A stretch of 63,257 nt of DNA, the filler included, from Octopus bimaculoides (taxonomy: Eukaryota): assembly GCF_001194135.2 (NCBI RefSeq). It is 6 parts of 5 records of this genome, joined end to end, with 100 filler letters (N's around TTAATTAATTAA, not from the genome) between each part and the next. Parts side by side here need not be neighbours in the genome. Positions count along the whole stretch, not along the records: positions 22,116 to 28,515 come from NC_068987.1; positions 28,616 to 45,209 come from NC_068985.1; 4 more parts are not named here. One strand, given 5' to 3'. A model generated the notes under the pieces. That model worked only from the letters and a program-made list of their open reading frames with translations. It ran no database searches and was not told where the DNA came from. How positions within the stretch are numbered: the first letter of the stretch is position 1; every line of letters starts with the position of its first letter. Positions 25,457 to 38,912 of the stretch are shown here, one piece after another. A program made the position numbers and the translations under genes.

Positions 25457-26839
25457 CAAGTAAAAGATAAAAGATAAATGATATATAATATATATATATT
25501 TATATAAGGGCATTAACTATATAGTAATGCCTCACGCTTAGAGGGACTNNNNNNNNNNNNNNNNNNNNNNNNNNNNNNNNNNNNNNNNNNNNNNNNNNNN
25601 NNNNNNNNNNNNNNNNNNNNNNNNNNNNNNNNNNNNNNNNNNNNNNNNNNNNNNNNNNNNNNNNNNNNNNNNNNNNNNNNNNNNNNNNNNNNNNNNNNNN
25701 NNNNNNNNNNNNNNNNNNNNNNNNNNNNNNNNNNNNNNNNNNNNNNNNNNNNNNNNNNNNNNNNNNNNNNNNNNNNNNNNNNNNNNNNNNNNNNNNNNNN
25801 NNNNNNNNNNNNNNNNNNNNNNNNNNNNNNNNNNNNNNNNNNNNNNNNNNNNNNNNNNNNNNNNNNNNNNNNNNNNNNNNNNNNNNNNNNNNNNNNNNNN
25901 NNNNNNNNNNNNNNNNNNNNNNNNNNNNNNNNNNNNNNNNNNNNNNNNNNNNNNNNNNNNNNNNNNNNNNNNNNNNNNNNNNNNNNNNNNNNNNNNNNNN
26001 NNNNNNNNNNNNNNNNNNNNNNNNNNNNNNNNNNNNNNNNNNNNNNNNNNNNNNNNNNNNNNNNNNNNNNNNNNNNNNNNNNNNNNNNNNNNNNNNNNNN
26101 NNNNNNNNNNNNNNNNNNNNNNNNNNNNNNNNNNNNNNNNNNNNNNNNNNNNNNNNNNNNNNNNNNNNNNNNNNNNNNNNNNNNNNNNNNNNNNNNNNNN
26201 NNNNNNNNNNNNNNNNNNNNNNNNNNNNNNNNNNNNNNNNNNNNNNNNNNNNNNNNNNNNNNNNNNNNNNNNNNNNNNNNNNNNNNNNNNNNNNNNNNNN
26301 NNNNNNNNNNNNNNTATATATATATATATATATATATATATTGTGTTGTGTCCGGGGAGTGTCATTTTGTCTTTCCGCTTTATTAACTAACACACTCACC
26401 GGTTCAATTTCCACTCAATTTATTTATGTGTTTGTTAATAAGGCATAAATACTAAATGAATCTTCCCAGACACAGCAAAATTTGCTTCAACACACGAATT
26501 CATATAAAGAATCTCTCAAACTAGATAAAAAAACGAAGTATACATACATACAGACAGACAGACAAACAGATAGATAGATATTGTATGTATGTATGTATGT
26601 ATGTGTAAGAGTCTCCATCAAGCGGTTAAGAGAGCTCTGTAATCAAAGCACTACTTGACACCATTTTTTTATGGCTCCTTCTGTAATTACATTCATTAAC
26701 TATTAACTAGCTCCACGACACACAGACGAGGACAGCATTTCAAGTCACGACACACACGAATAACAGAAACTGGTGGCAGTCGTTGTGATTGGGTGTCCGC
26801 AGCTGTATTAGTGGTCGAGGTTGGATGGATTTACGGGAA

Positions 26840-27093
26840 GAGTTGTTGGCACTCCGTCGCTTACGACGTCGAGGGTTCCAGTTGATCCGACCAACGGAAC
26901 AGCCTGCTCGTGAAATTAACGTGCAAGTGGCTGAGCACTCCACAGACACGTGTACCCCTTAACGTAGTTCTCGGGGATATTCAGCGTGACACAGTGTGAC
27001 AAGGCTGACCCTTTGAATTACAGGCACAACAGAAACAGGAAGAAAGAGTGAGAGAAAGTTGTGGTGGAAGAGTACAGCAGGGTTCGCTACCAT
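26840..27093 (-). mobile_element. SINE family 3 (tRNA head, CORE/Deu-like body), 3' part
   Basis: Near identical to 33962-34215; runs into the gap. Confidence 0.85.
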
Positions 27094-28279
27094 NNNNNNN
27101 NNNNNNNNNNNNNNNNNNNNNNNNNNNNNNNNNNNNNNNNNNNNNNNNNNNNNNNNNNNNNNNNNNNNNNNNNNNNNNNNNNNNNNNNNNNNNNNNNNNN
27201 NNNNNNNNNNNNNNNNNNNNNNNNNNNNNNNNNNNNNNNNNNNNNNNNNNNNNNNNNNNNNNNNNNNNNNNNNNNNNNNNNNNNNNNNNNNNNNNNNNNN
27301 NNNNNNNNNNNNNNNNNNNNNNNNNNNNNNNNNNNNNNNNNNNNNNNNNNNNNNNNNNNNNNNNNNNNNNNNNNNNNNNNNNNNNNNNNNNNNNNNNNNN
27401 NNNNNNNNNNNNNNNNNNNNNNNNNNNNNNNNNNNNNNNNNNNNNNNNNNNNNNNNNNNNNNNNNNNNNNNNNNNNNNNNNNNNNNNNNNNNNNNNNNNN
27501 NNNNNNNNNNNNNNNNNNNNNNNNNNNNNNNNNNNNNNNNNNNNNNNNNNNNNNNNNNNNNNNNNNNNNNNNNNNNNNNNNNNNNNNNNNNNNNNNNNNN
27601 NNNNNNNNNNNNNNNNNNNNNNNNNNNNNNNNNNNNNNNNNNNNNNNNNNNNNNNNNNNNNNNNNNNNNNNNNNNNNNNNNNNNNNNNNNNNNNNNNNNN
27701 NNNNNNNNNNNNNNNNNNNNNNNNNNNNNNNNNNNNNNNNNNNNNNNNNNNNNNNNNNNNNNNNNNNNNNNNNNNNNNNNNNNNNNNNNNNNNNNNNNNN
27801 NNATTTCAGAAGGATGCCATTCCCGAAAACAAGGAATTTTTATGTATCTTTTAGTCAAGAAGGAAGGTAGTGCTTATGACGTTTTAGAGGGCCTCTGAAA
27901 CTTGTTGCAAGGATGAAGCAAAGAATTCTCAAATGGGAGAGCTGACCGCAAATGTTTGCAACAGAAGAGACTCTGTTAAAGGGACACAAGGTTCCAGATG
28001 GTGACGTAAAACGGCTGGCGGGTAAAGTCAACAACCGATGTCGGGGCCGTCGGGAAATTTGAATTCAAAATGCAAAGACTTCCAGTTCGACATTTTAGAA
28101 ATTTCGAAAACCCTCCACTTAATATTGGTATTTTTTTTTTTTTTGACCGACCCTAGAAGAATGAAAGTTAAAGCTGACCTCGAGGGGATTTGAACTCACT
28201 GTGCTGAGCGTCACGACAAAGACGGTGAGGCGTTTTATCCGATGCTCTAATGATTCTGCTACATCGCCTCCACGGCATG

Positions 28280-28375
28280 TACAAGGTCTGATCAAAAAGT
28301 ATCGAGACTGTTGCTGTGGTAACGGAGCTAAAGCACGCAGTGTGAAACCGCTTGAGCTCTGTCACGCATGCGCAT
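28280..28375 (+). mobile_element. Solo left end of the mariner family seen at 10489
   Basis: TACAAGGTCTGATCAAAAAGTA..ACTGTTGC..GGAGCTAAAG shared with 10489-10540. Confidence 0.7.
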
Positions 28376-28619
28376 GATAGATGGATAGAAGGTTGGATTG
28401 ACAGATGTATGTGTGCATGTACGTACGTGTGTATATAAGCGTGTATGTAAGTATGGTGGATGTATGTATATGTGTATGTTTGTATATATGTATGTATAGA
28501 TATATGTGTGTATGGNNNNNNNNNNNNNNNNNNNNNNNNNNNNNNNNNNNNNNNNNNNNTTAATTAATTAANNNNNNNNNNNNNNNNNNNNNNNNNNNNN
28601 NNNNNNNNNNNNNNNACTT

Positions 28620-29468
28620 ACCACACAGCCAGAAATTGACTTATTTTCCTAAGTTTTAACATCGTCTCCTTTGAAATAGCCACCTTGTGTAGCAGTACAC
28701 CAGTCCCAGCATTCCTGCCACTTTTGGAATCTGGCCTGGAAGTAATTTTCCCTAAGCAAGTCAAGGACCTTCTGTGATTTGCTCTTCATCTCGAAAATGG
28801 TGTTAAAAGGTGACCTCTGAGCTGCATTTTCACCTTGGGGAAGACACGGAAGTTTGCAGGTGCTAAATCTAATGAATAGGGTGGATGCAGAAGCGATAAC
28901 ATGTTTTTGGCAAGAAACTCATGAGTAAGGGGAGCTCGGTGACAGAGTGCATTGTCCTCATGAAGAATCCAAACATTAGGATTACCTGCACAGAACCATA
29001 CAACGGACCAGCAATAACAATAATGTTCTTTATTGTCCTCCAACGATCCTCATGCACAAGCTGATGAGTTTTCTCCACATTTCTGTGTGTGATGCTCATG
29101 ACAGGTCTTCCAGATTGCTCATCATCTTCCAGGGACATTCTGTTGCTTTTGAAGCACCTGTGTCACTCAAAACATTGCGTACAACCCTTTGCCTCTTCAA
29201 CATAAGCTTACCAAAGCATGCTCAATACCTCTGTTGCAGACTCCCCAAGTTTAATGCAAAATTTCATGTTGGCTCTTTGTTCCAACTTCCTGTTAATGAC
29301 AAAAATCAAAGACTACAGCATACACATGATCTCCAAAACACAAATTTCATAACTTGCAAAGTAAACACAATGATATCACTACTATCTCTCACTGCACATG
29401 TAACTATGTGCTGCCATGTGTTGGCACACTACAGAACTAGTCTGGGAACTTTTTGAAGCCACCTCGTA
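28620..29468 (-). mobile_element. Internally deleted mariner (third family); other end not seen before the gap
   Basis: TIR TACGAGGTGGCTTCAAAAAGTTCCCAGAC; LEQRANMKFCIKLG..SLEDDEQSGRP jumps to LHEDNA..HPPYSLDLAPANF..FPKVK, lacking the first catalytic Asp region. Confidence 0.85.
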
Positions 29469-32400
29469 TATACATATACATATATACACATAAATACATA
29501 CACACACACACACACATATATATCCAAAATGTACAGTATTACATATCCATCATGACTGATCTTACCAACCAATCGGTTTCACACTAGGAGTACAATGGAG
29601 TGTTATGTAACAATCTCATTATATAACCTTACACTCATCAGAATTAGCCAATATGGAAGGAAATATGGTGATATATATATGTATGTGTGTGTGTGTGTTT
29701 TACTGATTTACAGGCTTTTTCTGAGTTCAAATGCCTAGGAGGTCGACTTTGCCTTTCATCATTTTAGGAGTGATAAAACAAGTACCATTTGAGTACTGGG
29801 GTCGATGTAATAAAAATTACCTTTCCCTTGAACTTGTTGGCCTTGTACAAAACTTTGAAAACAATATTTATAGACTATAAATAGCTTTAAATCTGATTTT
29901 TCACTACGGACAAAGGTGTATATGTGATTTTCTGAAGATTTTCCCATCAGGGATCAAATCTAGGTAAATGTGTGTGTGTGTGCATACTGTATTTGTGTTC
30001 TCCACTACTGTTTAACAACTGGTGTTGGTTTGTTTATGCCCCTGTAACTTAGTGACTCAGCAAAGTAAAAAAAAAAAGTAAAAAGATAGAATAAGTACCA
30101 GATGTTAAAAAATATAAATACTAGGTTTAATCTGTTTGTCTAAACCCTTCAGGGTGGTGCCCCAGCTTGTTTACAATCTGATGACTGAAACAAAAGATAA
30201 AAGGCAAAAGATATGTGTGTGTGCGTGCATGTGCGTGCGTATGCATGTGTGTGTACGCATGCTTATAACAGTTTGAGCTAGTTGTGTGACTTACACAATA
30301 ACTCCTCTGTTGTGTCCTCAAACATTTATTGTCTTTGTTATATGTGTGTCACAGATGGTAGGGCTAAGAAGGTGGTAGGCAACCAGAATCCTGTTGATAA
30401 TGTAAAGCTATCAAAACCTAACATCTTTCAATTCATGGAGGCCACAAAAAAGATTTAACAGCAGAAACATTCAACTATATTTTCTTTGCACCTTTCTCCC
30501 TCTTTCCCTTCTTTCTAAATGTTTTTATTTTTATTTCTTCTAATATGCAAGCGGTATTATTTACCTTTCTCAGTTAGTCATGGTCTATCAGTTTTTATAT
30601 GGACTGATTGCTTAAACTGATTAAATTAAATTAATGTATAAATTGATGCAGGCATGGCTAGGTGCAGGCATGGCTGTATAGTTAAGAAATTTGCTTCCCA
30701 ACCACTTAATCTCAGGTTAGTCCCACTGCATGGCACCCTCGGCAAGTGCTCTCTTCTATAATCCCAGACCAGCTAATGCCTTGAATGAATTTGGGTAGAA
30801 ACAAACTATGTAGGAGTTAGTGTTAGGGTTGCATTGGTCTGCCCTGTGCTGATCAAAGCCTCATCAGTGGATTTGTAAGACAGAAATTAGATGTTAAACA
30901 ACAGCTCTAGCATACACTACAAGAATTTGTACATCCCCAGATCATCCCAGATCGAACAAACTTATACCAATCAATAGTTTTCAAGCTGTTACAGTTTTCT
31001 TTTGTTGAACTGGAGGACACCACCCATTTAGGATTGAGTTGCTGTCTTGCAAACTTTGACATATTTTCTGTTATTTTGTTCTATACAAACTGTATTTAAT
31101 GTAGTTTCTGCAATCAAGGAGGATGGGGATCTTGGTTTTTGGCTTTCATTTCTTTCTTCTTATTCCATTTTTTGCATCTACCTTCTTTGGATTTTTCTTC
31201 TTATTTTTTTCCTATTTTCTCGTATTCCAGCATCTTTGTTTTTTAAAATATATCTAATACATAAATGGAGTCTGAAAAATTGCTTGGAGATACATGGTGT
31301 ATTTTGTGCAGTATCATAAAAGTTTCATAAAAGCTCTTTTGCTATATGTGTAAAATTGATATTTATCTTTCACTGGATGGAGTACTTTTTTTTATTCTAC
31401 TTATATTGAACCTATAAACTATACATGTATATATGTACATGTATATGTATATATTTATATATATGTATATATTAATCGAAGTGCATAATATTATATATCC
31501 ATTATGGCGAATCTTACCAATTATTTTCACACTAGTTGTTCAACAGAGTGTTAGTCTGAGTGTTAGTCAGAGGTTGCCATTATGGAATGAAATATGGTGA
31601 CTACACTCTATTGTTGGAGGAGGGTGTATTTGTGTGTACACACACACACAAATGTGTGTGTATATATATATATATATATTTAAAAAGAAAAGATTTAGAT
31701 GTGGCTGTGTGGTTAAAAAGTGTTCTTCCCAACCATTTGATTTTGGGTTTAGACACTACGTGGCACCTTGAGCAAGTGTGTTGCTCATCCAAGATTAAAC
31801 AAACTTATTCCAATCAATAATGTTCAAGCTGTGATCACCCTACCTTTGTTTAATGGGTACTATATCCACTATCTTAGACACATGTATCACCTTCCATTTT
31901 TCAGACTGTACAGTGTGATATGCAGGATTTGGCTGCAGGATGTACTATGCCTAGTGGTCCCTATCTTTGCATTGACACTACAAGAAATTAAACTTTTCTG
32001 TAAATAGACCAACTGTTGAATGGTTCATGGTATTCACTGAAAAACATATGTCGCACACATACACAAATGCATTTATAGCTGTTTGCCCTTTTAAACAGGA
32101 ATCACCCAACCGCAATATGGGTGTGTCAATAATCTCTTTCTTCTCCTTCTCTGGGTTCATAAATGTTCTTACAAATAAGTACATGTGTATGTGTATATTT
32201 GTGTATGTTTTTTGTATACAAACATACACATATGAGCATAAGAAGTAAATAGACATGTCTATTTATTTACTTCTTCCCCATCCCTCTTTTTCTACAGATA
32301 TATAAAGCTATGTCTGTCTGTCTGCCTGCCTATCTCTCTATCTATCTATCAAAATAATCAACAAGGATATCCTCTGGATATCCTTGTTGCTTATTTTGAT

Positions 32401-32520
32401 TTTAATCACCTTATTTTGAAATGATATGGATAATACCGTACTAAATTCTGGTGCCTCAACTTAAGTACCATATTCATCTGAATTGAAATTTTTGTTGTAT
32501 GTATATATATATATATACAT

Positions 32521-32686
32521 AGGCACAGGAGTAGCTGTGTGGTAAGAAGCTTACTTCCCAACCACATAGTTCTAGGTTCAGTCCCACTACATGGCACCTT
32601 CGGCAAGTGTCTTCTACTATAGCCACAGGCTGACCAAAGCATTGTCAGTTGATTTGGTACATGGAAACTGAAAGAAGCCCATCATG

Positions 32687-32717
<31 letters not shown>

Positions 32718-32940
32718 TTGTGTGTCTGTGTTAGTCCCTACACCATTGCTTGACAACTGATGTCGGTGTATTTACGTCCGTCCCCGTAAATTAGTGGTTC
32801 GGCAAAAGAGACCGATAGAATAAGTACTAGGCTTCCAAAGAAGAATAAGTCCTGGAGTCGATTTGTTCAACTAAAGGTAGTGTTTTAGCATGACCGCAGT
32901 CAAATGACTGAAACAAGTAAAAGAATAAAAAAATAAAAGA
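32521..32940 (+). mobile_element. SINE family 1, full-length, CpG-decayed
   Basis: Colinear with 22284-22713. Confidence 0.85.
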
Positions 32941-33042
32941 ATATATGTTTTATATATAGTTAAGATATACATACATGTATATATATGTCTACAATATGAT
33001 ATATATATATATAAATATGATATATATATGTATATACATATG

Positions 33043-33084
<42 letters not shown>

Positions 33085-33102
33085 TCATCATCTATATATA
33101 TC

Positions 33103-33260
33103 TACACTCTCTGAGTGGTTGGCATTATGAAGGGCATCCAGCTGTAGAAACTCTGCCAAATTAGATTGGAGCCTGGTGTTGCCATCCGGTTTCACCAGTC
33201 CTCAGTCAAATCGTCCAACCCATGCTAGCATGGAAAGCGGACGTTAAACGATGATGATGA
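33103..33260 (+). mobile_element. SINE family 4 3' part
   Basis: GAAGGGCATCCAGCTGTAGAAAC..GGACGTTAAACGATGATGATG. Confidence 0.75.
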
Positions 33261-33379
33261 TCTATATATATATAACTACATATATATCATCATCATCCTT
33301 TAACGTCCATTGTCCATGCTGGTATGGGTTAGATAATTCTGCCGAGGTCAACTTTGCCTTTCATCCTTTCGGGGTTAAT

Positions 33380-33480
33380 TATGATTTTATTCAACATATT
33401 CCACTCTCAGATTCACACACTCGTTCCAGTGGTCCTTCAGTTTTTCCAAGCCCTGTAAAAGAACTCAGAAGACTGGAGGC
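33380..33480 (-). mobile_element. Mariner transposase extreme C-terminal remnant
   Basis: GLEKLKDHWNECVNLRVEYVE* matches the mariner GIxKLxxRWxKCVxxxGxYVE* ending. Confidence 0.65.
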
Positions 33481-33961
33481 CTTTTGCAATACCATTAAAG
33501 CCAGGAATTTTCAGTACCACTTTGTATTCCTCAACCAACAAAGAAGCTTCTAAAAACATCAGCCAAATATCCCACAAATCAAGCCTTATTGTCTTAAAAA
33601 ATAATTTAGATGATGCCGTTCTGTGTGCTTAGGAAAAGAGAGGTTGTCACAACTGAAATATTTTTGATTATAGACCTGCTAAATCAAGGCTAATCTGGGG
33701 CTAAACAAGTTGAGGCAAATTGGGCAACTCAGGCTGTCGTAATGATCTTTCTATTGTGGAAAATAGGGTGTTGGGCAGTTGCTATTCCTATCTTTGATAG
33801 GGATATCAGTCCCTCAAAAGGTTAACCTAAGCAGTTGCTGCTGCTGGTTCTAATTTTCAGCTGAGTGGACGAGGGTAGTGAAAAATAAAGGACCTTGCTC
33901 GAGGACACAATGCATCCCTTGATCTTGGTGGACTCAACAGAAGAAAGAATTGTCTATTTTA

Positions 33962-34340
33962 GTTGTTGTTGTTGGCACTCCGTTGCTTACGACGTCGAGG
34001 GTTCCAGTTGATCCGATCAATGGAACAACCTGCTCATGAAATTAACGTGCAAGTGGCTGAGCACTCCACAGACACGTGTACCCTTAACGTAGTTCTCGGG
34101 GATATTCAGCGTGACACAGTGTGACAAGGCTGGCCCTTTGAATTACAGGCACAACAGAAACAGGAAGTAAGAGTGAGAGAAAGTTGTGGTGAAAGAGTAC
34201 TGCAGGGTTCGCCACCATCCCCTTGTGGAGCTTTAGGTGTTTTTGCTCTATAAACACTCACAACGCCCGGTCTGGGAATTGAAACTGCGGTCCTATGACT
34301 GCGAGTCCGCTGCCCTAACCACTGGCCATTGCGCCTCCAC
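33962..34340 (-). mobile_element. SINE family 3, near full-length
   Basis: Minus strand head GTGGAGGCGCAATGGCCAGTGGTTAGGGCAGCGGACTC..CAGTTTCAATTCCC (A/B boxes), tail (CAA)n. Confidence 0.85.
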
Positions 34341-36031
34341 TGTCTATTTTAGTAAAAGAGAAATAACCAATCACACATCTGGCCATTGGTCTAGCAGTCA
34401 CTGTGCTGGACAAAACGCTTAGTTCAAATTCCATCAAGCTTGACTTTGCCTTTCATCCTTTCAGAGTCGATAAAATAAGTACCAGTTGAACACTGGAGTT
34501 GATGTAAGGAAATTACTCCTTCCTACAACCTTGCTGACCTTGTGCCAAAATTTGAAACCAGTATGTCAGCCAGACTGCCAGTGCTTTAACCCTTTAGCAT
34601 TCACATTATTCTATCAAAGGTATACTACTGGCACTCTTTCAGTTTTGACAACAAGAGTTCCAGTTGATCTGATGAACAGATCAGCCTGCTCATGAAATTA
34701 ATGTGCAAGTGGCTGAGCACTCCATAGATGCATGTGCCCTTAACATTGTTCTCAGAGAGATTCAGCAGGACTCAGAGTATGACAAGACTGGCCCTTTAAA
34801 ATACAGGTACAACTCATTTTTGTCAGCTAAGTGGATCGGAGCAATGTGAAATAAAGTGTCTTGCTCAAGGAAACAGTATATTGCTGGGAATTGAACCCAT
34901 AACCTTACGATCATTAGCCAAATATCATAACCACTAAGCCATGTGCCTTCACTCTGTCAAAAGTAATGCTTATTTATCTGCGTTGTTTTGAATTAATCAT
35001 GCATTATTTTGTAGCTTTGAGATTTTGATGAGGTAACTATTTATTTTTAAAATGATATTGTAGGGTTGGTGTAAAAGGCCACATCTGGCTTGTTTAAACA
35101 TAAACAGGTTAAATATTTGGGCCAAATATTGTCAGTTTAAATGCTAAAAATCTAATCCATCACTCCATCAGTCTCTCAATCCACCAGTCTCTCAATCCAC
35201 CAGTCTCTCACTTCATCAGGCCATTACTCCACCAGTGTATCAGTCCATCATTTCATCAGTCTGTCACTATATCAATCCATCGCTATATCAATCTATTAGT
35301 CCATTAATCCATTCATGAAACACTTCATTAACCCAGCAGCTTCCCTGGCTCATCTTTCATCAAACATTAGTCTATCAATCTAGTTGTTCAGCTGTCCAGA
35401 ACCCCAATGATTCAACCACTCAACCAGCTAAAACAACATGAAATTTGGGGGAAATAAAACTAATGAGAACAAAGGCAGAAAATATGGTAGGACAAATATC
35501 CAATGTGGACAACAGCTGAACAAACACCTGGTCAGTCGAAAGTATAACCAGGTTTTCCTAAAAAAAAATACAATAGTTAGTTACAACAGATGTGAATTTA
35601 ACTGTCTATCACCAATACACTCCTTCAACCATCACATTCTATCTTTGCTCCTTATTTCAGTCATAAATGTGGAGTTGTAAAAGTTTATAATCAATGTATT
35701 ATCAATCAATATTTTTTTATTAGAAGAGGAAAATGGCGAGTGAGCTAACTCATAGGGAGCACTATAAACAATTAACTCATTATTATTGTACTCATTAAGA
35801 TGGCATGTTAACTGAATCATTAGTGCATTATTATTTTGGTTCTTTACATTCTGAGTTCAAATCCTACTGGTCCAACTTTGTGTTTTGTCCTATCAGGATT
35901 GATAAAATATAATACCAGTTAAGTACTGGGGTCAATGTAATCAACTTGCTGCCTCCCATCATAATTGTTGGCCTGGTGCAAAATTAGAAAGCGTAATTAT
36001 TATTATTATTATTATTATCATCATCATCATA

Positions 36032-36428
36032 TAGGTGCAGGAGTGGCTGTGTGGTAAGTAGCTTGCTTACCAACCACATGGTTCCGGGTTCAGTCCCACT
36101 GCGTGGCACCTTGGGCAAGTGACTTCTACTATAGCCTCAGGCCGACCAAAGCCTTGTGAGTGGATTTGGTAGACGGAAACTGAAAGAAGCCCGTTGTATA
36201 TATGTATATATATATATGTGTGTGTTTGTGTGACTGTGTTTGTCCCCCCAACATCGCTTGACAACTGATGGTGGTGTGTTTACGTCCCCGTAACTTAGCG
36301 GTTTGGCAAAAAGAGATTGATAGAATAAGTACTAGGCTAACAAAGAATAAGTCCTGGGGTCAATTTGCTCGACTAAAGGCAGTGCTCCAGCATGGCCACA
36401 GTCAAATGACTGAAACAAGTAAAAGAGT
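36032..36428 (+). mobile_element. SINE family 1, full-length
   Basis: Colinear with 22284-22713. Confidence 0.9.
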
Positions 36429-36435
36429 ATCATTA

Positions 36436-36885
36436 TCAAGGCAGTGAGCTGGCAGAGTTATTGGTGTGCTGGACAAAATACTTAGTGGTATTTTATCCGT
36501 CTTCATGTTTTGAGTTCAAATTCTGCTGAGGTCAACTTTGCCTTTCATCCTTTCGGAGTCGATAAAATAAATACCAGCTGAGTACTGGGGTCGATGTAAT
36601 CGATTATCCCTCTCCTCCAAAATTTCAGGCCTTGTGCCTGTAGTAGAAAGGATTATTATTATCATTATTAAGGAGGTGAGCTGGCAGAATTGTTAGCATG
36701 CTGTGAAATGCTTAGCAGTATTTCATCCATCGCTACATTCCGAGTTCAAATTCCACCAAGATCAACTTCACCTTTCATTCTTTCGGGGTTGATAAATTAG
36801 GTACCAGTGAGACACTGGGGTTGATGTAATTGACTAGTCCCCCTCCCTGCAAATTTCAGGCCTTTTTGCCTTTAGTAGAAAGGAT
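36436..36885 (+). mobile_element. Head-to-tail dimer of SINE family 2
   Basis: Two copies of GAGCTGGCAGA..GAGTTCAAATTC..CCTTTCAT..GATAAA..GTAGAAAGGATT separated by a short TTA run. Confidence 0.85.
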
Positions 36886-37726
36886 TGTTGTTGTTTTTAT
36901 TTCATATACATACAAACGTAAATCTGATGAACATATATATTCTTTGTAACTAAATTAGGTCATGTTAAACGAAGAACTTTTCCCCTCTAATCAATTTTGA
37001 CCAATGAACAACTTGAAAATGTTTAAGGGTTAGCTTATTCTCATTAAGCTCTTAGTGCAATAGGCTAGAACAATCTGTTCATGATTTGTGGAAAAAATGT
37101 GGATTAGATTTCGAATCCTAGCTCAGAAAGTTGATAGCTGTCTGACACACTGTTGCATCGCACGTTCGACATACGATATAACAAGATAATAAATCATATC
37201 TTCGCAAATTGTTCTACTCAAGATACACAATACTCTTAATCACACTTGACAATATGCAACTCTTAGCTTTACACAGCTCTTTTTCATTTAATTGGCCACT
37301 GTGGGCCCAACACAGAGGGGACAAACAAGGACAAACAACACAAAGACATAAACAAATGAATGAAATGAATTATATAATTAATGAAGGTGTAATGGCTACT
37401 TGAGCCCTACTCTCAAGTAGTACCATTTAACTATTTTTTTACATCAATGTTTATCAATTTTAAATCAAATTAAAATTTACCATATTAGATCATATATTGT
37501 CTCAAGTTCTCATATTCCATCACGGGAGGTAGAGAATCAAATCTCACCTCCGGTACTGGTGAGTCTATGTCATTGCCAAAAATTCCTTTTAGTTTTTATA
37601 ACTGTTCATATCTATTAGTATGCATTTCGTGCCTGACATGCACCACTCTACAAGCATTTCAACTCCTATTGCTGATTTGATTTTTGAAATTCATTTCTTA
37701 ATGGCCATGCTTGTCATATCATCATC

Positions 37727-37878
37727 ATCATCATCATCATCGTTTAACGTCCGCTTTCCATGCTAGCATGGGTTGGACGATTTGACTGAGGACTGGTGAA
37801 ACCGGATGGCAACACCAGGCTCCAGTCTGATCTGGCAGAGTTTCTACAGCTGGATGCCCTTCCTAACGCCAACCACTC
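37727..37878 (-). mobile_element. SINE family 4 3' part, abutting the L1-like fragment
   Basis: Near identical to 21835-21985. Confidence 0.8.
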
Positions 37879-38183
37879 ATATATATAGGTTATCAAATAT
37901 GCCCTATTTCTGTGACTGGCCTGTGAGGCTTGTGTGTCTGCTTATGTATCTATATGTGTTTCTGTTAGTGTATCCTTATCTGGCAATTCTGGGTAGTTTG
38001 AGATGTTTGTGGTTTTCTTGGGTGTTTGCAGCAGTGTGGTAGACTGTGTGGGTGTGTTTTCTATATTTTTTCTCTGTGTATTGGGTGCTTGTGTGTTACC
38101 TGTTTCTTTCTTCTTCTTGTTCGGGTTCTTCGGGGGAATTTTTTAGTTCCTTTCTCTTTCTGCTTTTTACCTCTTGAAATTCT

Positions 38184-38912
38184 TCATCTGTACTTTCCAT
38201 TTTTGTTTCTTCCACAGTTTCCTCTGTCCTCTCGTCTTTGTTGCTGTTCTCTTCTTGCTCCTCCTCCGCTAATGTCTGGTTGTTTAAAAGGGGGTAGCTC
38301 TCCTTTATGTTCCCCCTCTTTCTCCACCATCGCTCGCAGTTTCACTTTTTCTGGCAGCTCGATTTCTTCCATAATTTCTTGCAAGTCTTGTGAGGTGGTC
38401 TGGATTATAACTTCCAGGCCATGTCCCCACCAGTTCAATTGCTTTGTCCAACTCACTTGCAGTATATTTGGGTCATCTTTTGTCCCCGTCAAAATTGCTG
38501 CAAGCAACCACATCTCAACGATCTCAGGGGGCACCCTGCCAATCCTTACTCTCGCCACTTGTTTACCGAGATAGGTTGGTTGGAGTGCCCATTCTTCTGT
38601 TCTCAATGTTGTAGCGGAGTGCTTTATTGCCTCCTCTACAGTAGCAAAGTGCACTTCCACTGTGCCAAATTTTCTCCCTCTACAAAAAAATTGAATGTCG
38701 TTCCTTATTTCTTTCAGGCCCTCCTCTATGGCTTCTTCACTTGCCATCTGTATTTTCTTACTCGTAACTGACAGCGTTCTGAACACCACCATTTTTTCGT
38801 TTTTCATTATTGTTACATCTTCCGGGGGAGTCAACTTCAGTTTTGACTCCTTTCTCTGAATTAATTCCTTGCTTCTTTTCAATATGTCTAAATCCATCTG
38901 TACTTCTTCCAC
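38184..38912 (-). CDS. L1/Tx1-like ORF1 (RRM-like nucleic-acid-binding protein), 242 aa open frame
   Basis: GTVEVHF and ARVRIGRVPPEI..LL patterns typical of LINE ORF1 RRM regions; basic/Glu-rich tail; no CCHC knuckle; no ORF2 downstream. Confidence 0.6.
   Translation of the reverse strand: MEEVQMDLDILKRSKELIQRKESKLKLTPPEDVTIMKNEKMVVFRTLSVTSKKIQMASEEAIEEGLKEIRNDIQFFCRGRKFGTVEVHFATVEEAIKHSATTLRTEEWALQPTYLGKQVARVRIGRVPPEIVEMWLLAAILTGTKDDPNILQVSWTKQLNWWGHGLEVIIQTTSQDLQEIMEEIELPEKVKLRAMVEKEGEHKGELPPFKQPDISGGGARREQQQRREDRGNCGRNKNGKYR

Noticed and set aside
33380-33570. Minus-strand terminal-exon-like frame ASLLVEEYK..FFYRAWKN*
   Set aside because: The 3' part is a mariner C-terminus read in another frame
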